Source: Candidatus Undinarchaeota archaeon (lineage in GTDB: Archaea > SpSt-1190 > JASMDC01). From it: 64,000 bases of DNA. The position numbers and the translations under genes are program-made. Below are positions 57,978-64,000 of the stretch, in pieces (position 1 is the first letter of the stretch; each line of letters begins with the position of its first letter). The notes beneath the pieces were generated by a model, which was given only the letters and a program-made list of their open reading frames with translations, was not told the DNA's origin and did no database searches. The stretch spans positions 32,001 to 96,000 of the forward strand of contig CAZFHY010000007.1 of NCBI GenBank assembly GCA_964519305.1. The letters run 5' to 3'.

Positions 57978-59089
57978 TGGCTGAAGCGATGGACCCTGCG
58001 TTCAATGTTACAGCTGTCACGAACACTATTACGCTCATCCAGGCTCAGTCGAATATCATACGATACCTTCTCGGAGCCGCTGTGGTGTTCCTTTCTTACA
58101 TAATCTCACGGTTCGCAGGAAAGGCCCTACATAAGATTGGTACTAGGCTCGCCGAGCATACGAGCACGCGAGTTGACGATGAGCTCCTTCGTGTGAGCAT
58201 CAAGCCCGTAAAGGTGTCGATAGTCATCATCGGTTTACTTGGAGCCCTCTTCATTTCCGGGTGGGATGCCGAATCCCTCCGACTGATGACCAATCCCCTC
58301 GTCGCGATAGCTCTGATGGTGCTCGCGCGTATAGTCGTCCATACCAGCTGCGTATTCATCGAGGAGTACGGTGCTCACCTCGCCGATATGGCGGATACCA
58401 CCATTGACAAGCGGTTCATACCGACGATCCAGGCCATGCTTTCCATTGTCATATACTCTGTTGCCGGTCTTATGGCTTTCTCATCGCTCGGTGTGGACGT
58501 CACTCCCCTCGTCACGCTCGGTGGAGTCGCCGGTATCGCTGTTGCTGTCGCTTCTCAGGATACCCTTGGTAATGTTGTGGCAGGGATCATCGTCATGTAC
58601 GACAAGCCTTTCGCTTCCGGGGACCTAGTTCTGCTCGGAGGTCCCGAGGGTGACGGTGGTACGGTGCTGACGGTGGGTCTCTTCAGCACTAAGGTCAGAA
58701 CGTGGGATAACAACGTGATCACGTTACCCAATTCCGACCTGTACAAGAAAGGTGCCGTCAACTACTCGTACGGTGACGAGCGCGTCCGTGTTCGCATCCC
58801 CGTGGGTGTCGCTTATGGCACCGATATCGAAAAGGCCCGCGGTATACTGCTCGAAATTGCTAAGGAGGATGAGAGCGTGCTCGATGAACCCGAGCCCAGA
58901 GCTCTATTCCTATCATTCGGTGACTTCGCATATAACTTCGAGCTCAGGGTGTACATCAAGGACCTTATGGACATATTCAACGTGAAGGACCGCATCAATA
59001 CGAACATCAAGAAGCGGTTCGACGATGAGAAGATCGAGATACCGTTCCCGGTCAGGACCTTGCTCATGCCGAAGAATCCTATTGAGTGA
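57977..59089 (+). CDS. mscS: Small-conductance mechanosensitive channel
   Basis: GVAGIAVAVASQDTLGNVVAGI, DKPF..GD, TLPNS, VGVAYGTD and IEIPFP motifs. Confidence 0.93.
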   Translation: MAEAMDPAFNVTAVTNTITLIQAQSNIIRYLLGAAVVFLSYIISRFAGKALHKIGTRLAEHTSTRVDDELLRVSIKPVKVSIVIIGLLGALFISGWDAESLRLMTNPLVAIALMVLARIVVHTSCVFIEEYGAHLADMADTTIDKRFIPTIQAMLSIVIYSVAGLMAFSSLGVDVTPLVTLGGVAGIAVAVASQDTLGNVVAGIIVMYDKPFASGDLVLLGGPEGDGGTVLTVGLFSTKVRTWDNNVITLPNSDLYKKGAVNYSYGDERVRVRIPVGVAYGTDIEKARGILLEIAKEDESVLDEPEPRALFLSFGDFAYNFELRVYIKDLMDIFNVKDRINTNIKKRFDDEKIEIPFPVRTLLMPKNPIE

Positions 59090-59186
59090 TCGTTCAACAG
59101 GACTTCAGGAGGACTTCCCGGTCCTAGTCCGTATCAGGGACCACAACAGGAAACTTTATATACCGGTTTTCCTGCCGAGTGACAAC

Positions 59187-59696
59187 ATGTTCAGGAGCAA
59201 GAGGGGAGAAATCACTATCCTGTTCGCTACGTTGGCCTTCGCTATGATTTACATGGCTACCACACTGGAGTACGGCAATGCGAATCCTGGTTCTGGTTCC
59301 AATGTCGTGGACCTGGCACCTGTCAAGTTCATCGGTGTGACGTATGCTGATCCGGAGGCCGGCTATTTCAGTGGAGGGTCCGGGGAGAAGGTCGTACTCA
59401 TCTCTCTGCGCAACAGCGGAGGAACCCATGAAGAACTATCTCTCGTGTTCATTCATTCCCCTCGTACTGAGGTCCTGAGCAACGACCTCGAGAAGGAATC
59501 AGAGGATATCAATGGCACCGTGTACGAGCGGTTCCCCCTTCCTGTGCTGTACGGGTCGGAGAAGGAGGTAGCCTTCACGCCGTTTTCGCTCAACAGAACG
59601 AACAACGTGTCCGTGATCATACAGAAAGAGGAATTAACGGTCAGGCTCGTTGACGTTGAGGATACCGTATACGATGAACGCGCTCTAGAAATCTGA
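59187..59696 (+). CDS. Small pilin-like/secreted protein
   Basis: MFRSKRG/EITILFATLAFAMIYM class III-like signal; TTTATATA box about 25 nt upstream. Confidence 0.6.
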   Translation: MFRSKRGEITILFATLAFAMIYMATTLEYGNANPGSGSNVVDLAPVKFIGVTYADPEAGYFSGGSGEKVVLISLRNSGGTHEELSLVFIHSPRTEVLSNDLEKESEDINGTVYERFPLPVLYGSEKEVAFTPFSLNRTNNVSVIIQKEELTVRLVDVEDTVYDERALEI

Positions 59697-59772
59697 ACAA
59701 CGGATAACTGGCCGGAATAGTTCAGATATATATGCCTTTGTCGACCTAGGTAGAACGTCGAGGTATATATCG

Positions 59773-60471
59773 TTGGTACAGGACGAGGGCTCGGAATCCG
59801 AAAAGAAGAGGATACTCATCGTTTCAGGTGACATGGGTGAGGTGCTCCAGCTCAAGGAGCTCCTGACTCTTTATTCCCAAGACATGGAACTCGAGACCGC
59901 TGAGGATGGTATCTCGGCCTTTCGCAAGCTTCTAGGCGCCCGTTTCGACCTATTACTCCTCGACTTCTTCCTGCCCGATGCTGATGGTGAGGCAGTGCTC
60001 GACAAGGTCAAGGAGCTCCGGCCAGGTCTGCCGGTCATCATCATGGCCGGAAAGGGTGCGGAACAGTTCGCAGCCCATATGCTACGGCTCGGCGCCTCCG
60101 ATTATGTGCTCAAGGGTACGAACTTCCACAGCGATATGCTCCATGTACTCAAGCGGAACCTGGATCGGGTGGAGCAAGAGCAGCGTGTTATCCTCCTTGA
60201 GGGGATGCTGTCACAGATGCCGGTGGGCGCATTGGCCGTTGACGAGAAGGGAATAATCGTTCTGGCCAATACGAAAGCCAAGCAGATTCTTGGTAACGCG
60301 ACCCTTGAGGGAAACCCTGCCAAGAAGGTATTGACCGACGGTGATGATATCGCAGCGGCATGTACCAAAGCTCTGAAAGGAGAGGTCGTGCAGCTTGACA
60401 GAGGCACGGTCCAACCTATCGAACTCTATGGGTGCCCGTACTGGGCAGTCCTGTTCCTCAAAGAAGACTGA
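59773..60471 (+). CDS. Response regulator receiver plus PAS-like domain
   Basis: ILIVSGD, LLLLDFFLPDADG (phospho-Asp), GASDYVLK; then MPVGALAVDEKGIIVLAN (PAS). Confidence 0.85.
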   Translation: MVQDEGSESEKKRILIVSGDMGEVLQLKELLTLYSQDMELETAEDGISAFRKLLGARFDLLLLDFFLPDADGEAVLDKVKELRPGLPVIIMAGKGAEQFAAHMLRLGASDYVLKGTNFHSDMLHVLKRNLDRVEQEQRVILLEGMLSQMPVGALAVDEKGIIVLANTKAKQILGNATLEGNPAKKVLTDGDDIAAACTKALKGEVVQLDRGTVQPIELYGCPYWAVLFLKED

Positions 60472-60489
60472 TCTTGGGAACCCGCCCTG

Positions 60490-61206
60490 TTAGTTCTGCT
60501 TGAGCAGCCAGCGCATTATGTTCACCATGAGGAACTTGTTGTCCGCCTTGAGCAGGTGCTCGTTCGTGATCATGGAACCATCACCGAGAGCGATAATGCG
60601 TCCCTGGCCGGACTCGGACCCAACGATGATCGGAGGATAACCCTCCTCTCCCTCATCCCGCTCCATATCCATGTCTGCGTCAGCGAAGTGGTGATCACCG
60701 TATGCAAGGATGAAGGCGTTGTCGCCGTCCGCTCTGAGCGAGCATCCTGCAAGATAGAGGACCTCTGAGACCCCGCTCATGACCGGGTGGTCATTGTCAA
60801 CTACGATCGGTGTGTAGGCTGTAGGATCCTCGGACTCTTCGGTTACATGGTCCGGATTGAATCCGATCCCAAAGGCAGCAGCTAAGGGAGTGATATTATC
60901 CTTGTGGTTGAGGATGTTCCCGAGCTCTGCGACCAAGAGGAGCCCGCCACCGTTGTCCACGAACTGCTTGAGCGAAGCGACCTCTGCCTCTGTGAATGGT
61001 TTCTGTGGTACATTGACAACGAAAACTCCTGCGTTGGAGATGGCACCGAGACTGGGTGCCGTGCTTACCTCGAAACCATATTGTTTCAAGATGTCCACGA
61101 GGAGGGAGAGTCCCTCTTCTTCTGTGTTCGCGATATGGAAATAGTCTCCATGCGACTCATCAAAAAGGATTGCCTTTCCACCCATGTTGGTCCTTTTCTC
61201 AGGCAA
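60490..61206 (-). CDS. GldG/DUF4350 (GIFT)-like class I GATase-fold protein
   Basis: ILFDESHG, LKQFVDNGGGLLLV, GRIIALGD and DNKFL..NI..WL motifs. Confidence 0.7.
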   Translation of the reverse strand: MPEKRTNMGGKAILFDESHGDYFHIANTEEEGLSLLVDILKQYGFEVSTAPSLGAISNAGVFVVNVPQKPFTEAEVASLKQFVDNGGGLLLVAELGNILNHKDNITPLAAAFGIGFNPDHVTEESEDPTAYTPIVVDNDHPVMSGVSEVLYLAGCSLRADGDNAFILAYGDHHFADADMDMERDEGEEGYPPIIVGSESGQGRIIALGDGSMITNEHLLKADNKFLMVNIMRWLLKQN

Positions 61207-61260
61207 TGCTTAAATCTTGAACCACGCGTGCATCCAAACTCATTATCGAGAGGCCCAACA

Positions 61261-61599
61261 TCACTCGTTGAACAGCATCTGCTCGGCTTCCGGAGAGATC
61301 GGTTCTTCCTCCTCAGGATCACCGAACATACGGGGAGCATCGTCAACACGTTCCTGTACTCCGTAATAGAGCGCAATGAGGTGTGAGCAGAAGCGAGAGT
61401 GGTCCTCCATGAACTCAGGGCACGTGCAAACGAACCTATGGAACGGTCGTGTAAGGTCCTTGATCATACAGAAATGGTCATCTTTGTCATCTGAACAACC
61501 ACCGAAGACCGTACGGTCATGGATATCGTGTATGACTATGAATCCCGATTTGAAGAAACGATGACCTTCGAACACATCATCCATCTCTACCTCTGCCAT
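61261..61599 (-). CDS. SWIM zinc-finger protein
   Basis: CTCPEF...FCSHLIAL. Confidence 0.75.
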   Translation of the reverse strand: MAEVEMDDVFEGHRFFKSGFIVIHDIHDRTVFGGCSDDKDDHFCMIKDLTRPFHRFVCTCPEFMEDHSRFCSHLIALYYGVQERVDDAPRMFGDPEEEEPISPEAEQMLFNE

Positions 61600-61656
61600 G
61601 TGGAGCCCTTTCCCGTAATGACATTCATAAGTATTTGCGTAACGCGAGGAGTGCCA

Positions 61657-62763
61657 CTAGATCTCTTTGACGCCGAAGCTCGTTCCGACAGAGATGGCGA
61701 CATCGAGGAGATAGTGGTCCTTGGGAACGCAACGTTGTTTCCCGATTGTATCGGAAAGTGGTGAGGATGTTATCTCTCCCCCTTTATCAGCGACAAGTCG
61801 TCCGAACCTTCTCTGTGAAATGAGGTCAACGGCCTTCCTTCCGAACAAGGTGCCGAGCACTCGGTCCCGCGATGATGGAGGACCGCCACGTTGAAGGTGA
61901 CCTAGCACTGTGACGCGTGATTCGATCCCGGTCCGTTCCTGTATTCCATCAGCGACCACCTTTCCGATCCCACCTAACCGGATAGGGTCCGCACTGTCCT
62001 TGACCACACGCTTGACTACCTGTGTACCGCCTGCGGGTTTGGCACCTTCGGATACGACAATGATGGAGAACCGTTTACCGCGACGACTCCGATGGTCCAC
62101 AACCCTGCAGACCTCTTCAATATCGAACGGGATCTCGGGAAGGAGCAGGATGTCGCCACCACCGGCGATACCGGCATGAAGGGCAAGCCATCCAGCGTTC
62201 CGGCCCATGACCTCTATGACCATTGCACGATGGTGTGACATGGCTGTCGTGTGTATCCGGTCCAGAGCTTCAGTTATGATGCCGACCGCGGTGTCGAAGC
62301 CGAACGTGACATCGGTCCCTGCAAGGTCGTTGTCGATGGTCTTTGGGATACCAACGATGTTCATTCCGCGTTCGGCGAGCCTACCTGCAATGGATTGAGT
62401 ACCGTCCCCGCCGATAGTGATGATCGCATCGATACCTAGGTCTCTACAGGTCTCTATCACGCGTTGAGAGACATCCTCCTTGACGAGCTTCCCGTCCTGT
62501 TCGCGCGCGAATGCGAAGGGATCGGCCTTGTTGGATGTCCCGAGAATGGTCCCGCCCAAAGATAGGATCCCTGATACATCGTCGTACGAAAGCGGACGGG
62601 TCCTGCCCTCGATGAGACCGAGGAAGCCGTCCTCGATACCGATGACGTCCCAACCGTGTTCGACGATCGCTGTCTTCGATACGGAACGGATCACGGCATT
62701 AAGGCCCGGACAGTCACCGCCCGCGGTAAGGACACCGATCCTCTCGATCTTTTTATCGACCAT
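61657..62763 (-). CDS. pfkA: 6-phosphofructokinase (PfkA family)
   Basis: GVLTAGGDCPGLNAVIR, GGTILGTS, IGGDGT, PKTIDND, EVMGR and LGHLQRGG. Start set at ATG 62763. Confidence 0.95.
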   Translation of the reverse strand: MVDKKIERIGVLTAGGDCPGLNAVIRSVSKTAIVEHGWDVIGIEDGFLGLIEGRTRPLSYDDVSGILSLGGTILGTSNKADPFAFAREQDGKLVKEDVSQRVIETCRDLGIDAIITIGGDGTQSIAGRLAERGMNIVGIPKTIDNDLAGTDVTFGFDTAVGIITEALDRIHTTAMSHHRAMVIEVMGRNAGWLALHAGIAGGGDILLLPEIPFDIEEVCRVVDHRSRRGKRFSIIVVSEGAKPAGGTQVVKRVVKDSADPIRLGGIGKVVADGIQERTGIESRVTVLGHLQRGGPPSSRDRVLGTLFGRKAVDLISQRRFGRLVADKGGEITSSPLSDTIGKQRCVPKDHYLLDVAISVGTSFGVKEI

Positions 62764-62818
62764 GATGATACACGATCGAAGGTGCGGGCGAACGCTTATA
62801 TTCGTGATGGCGGCGTGC

Positions 62819-64000
62819 TCATTGCGACTGTCCGTCCCAACCTTGGGCAGTCTCTGTTCCACGTGCCTCACCCGTCATGTACCTATATCCATAGTAGGAT
62901 GACACTGCAGGCCTATCCGTGTAAGGACTGGGTGCGGTGGACGTGGAAGTGACGGGAGCTACCGGCGCGACCGTTCGTGGTGTGAGTTCCCTGAAGACGA
63001 CCCTGGCACCGAGCACTAGAACGATAAAGATGGCTAATCCGATGACGGCCAGACCGGGGATGTTCTTCCCGGTGATGAGATCCCACAGGAAGCTCTCCTG
63101 AATCGCCCTGAGGAGCTGGTTGCTCGAGCCGAATTTTATCGTCACGTGCCCTCCGGAAGTGGCGAGTTCGGGGAACGTCTCCGATGTTACCACGATGTCG
63201 ATATCAGCGGTCCCGGCGCTGGACAGGAACGTGAGAGGGAGGAGGAACGCATGCTTGCCATTCGGTTTAATGGTCGGTACCTGTACCTCGGTGAAACCAA
63301 GACGAGCATTGACTGTATTGATACGCACGAAGTAACTATCCGGTACATTGCCCAGGTTAGTGATCTGGACAGGGACGTCTATCACAGGTGTGTCCATCAC
63401 ATCGTAGCTGCCCATGACGTCGATGGAGACAGAGCACGTGCAATCATCGCTCCCCGCGCAGGATTCGCCGATAGCGGTATCGCACACACCGTTAGCGCAG
63501 AAGATGGGTGCACAATCCCTTGAACAGAAGCTGCATTCATGCGCAGCGCATATCCCGTCCCCGCAACCGGCCTTGCACAGCTCCTCATAGGCATCGCACA
63601 CCTTACCATCAAGACACCCACAGTCCTGGCAACAGTTATCCTCGTTCTCCGTGGGTCTATCACATACACTATCTCCGCACCACACGCCAACGCATCCTGT
63701 CGAATCGGCGTCGGTCCTGTGTGGATCACAGACGTGAAGAGGACCGTCGCATGCGCACCCAGGACCTGTACGGCAATCCTCGATAAGGGTATTGCACCTT
63801 TTGACGGTCGGACAGCCGTCCCTGCGATTGGGATCACGAGGACAATCTTCGTCAGTGTCCGGTACGCCATCGCCATCGATATCACGTCGGCATGTACCCT
63901 GAGAGCATGTGTGGAGCGGGCCATATGTGCTCGTGCACTCGGAATTCGCAGTGCAGGGAACGCAAAGGCCGCGTTCGCAGACCTGGCCTTGTTCCTGACA
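62819..64000 (-). CDS. Cys-rich membrane-anchored surface protein (5' end outside window)
   Basis: Frame is open from 64000 (CQEQGQVCERGLC...DIDGDGVPDTDEDCP, TSP3-like Ca motif), with CGD modules, an Ig-like domain and a C-terminal TM. Confidence 0.8.
   Translation of the reverse strand, partial: CQEQGQVCERGLCVPCTANSECTSTYGPLHTCSQGTCRRDIDGDGVPDTDEDCPRDPNRRDGCPTVKRCNTLIEDCRTGPGCACDGPLHVCDPHRTDADSTGCVGVWCGDSVCDRPTENEDNCCQDCGCLDGKVCDAYEELCKAGCGDGICAAHECSFCSRDCAPIFCANGVCDTAIGESCAGSDDCTCSVSIDVMGSYDVMDTPVIDVPVQITNLGNVPDSYFVRINTVNARLGFTEVQVPTIKPNGKHAFLLPLTFLSSAGTADIDIVVTSETFPELATSGGHVTIKFGSSNQLLRAIQESFLWDLITGKNIPGLAVIGLAIFIVLVLGARVVFRELTPRTVAPVAPVTSTSTAPSPYTDRPAVSSYYGYRYMTGEARGTETAQGWDGQSQ

Noticed and set aside
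17-63924. Numerous alternative-frame and antisense ORFs (e.g. 17-535, 11642-12370, 34233-35039, 40124-40915)
   Set aside because: They are shadows of well-supported genes in GC-rich DNA, without motifs or independent start signals.

Overview
Archaeal genomic DNA, GC about 55-60% by eye. Supporting signs are TATA-like boxes about 25 nt upstream of many starts, GGAGGTGA ribosome-binding sites, class III (pilin-like) signal peptides and many Cys-rich surface proteins. The gene content is reminiscent of uncultured DPANN-like archaea, but the lineage cannot be assigned from sequence alone. The flanks carry ordinary or semi-ordinary genes: slyD, a class I glutamine amidotransferase, a TPR protein, larE-larB-partial larC-pfkB, two tandem CPA2 antiporters, thioredoxin, speD, a metallophosphoesterase, a methyltransferase, a rhomboid, mscS, a response regulator and pfkA. 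The dominant feature is a roughly 32 kb locus (22740-54793) of two convergent, paralogous operons: A-B-C1-C2-C3 on + and C4-A'-B' on -. A/A' are secreted multi-Ig-like proteins and B/B' are large pilin-like proteins. C1-C3 are about 2100-aa secreted proteins with about 15 eight-Cys repeats, a conserved helical domain carrying a hypervariable Cys-rich insert, an acidic spacer, CC-repeats, Ig-like domains and a conserved 8-Cys C-terminus. C4 is a shorter divergent homolog. I interpret this, by inference only, as a candidate uncharacterised pilin-anchored, disulfide-rich surface display or adhesion system with diversified tips. No rRNA, tRNA, CRISPR array or transposase was recognised.
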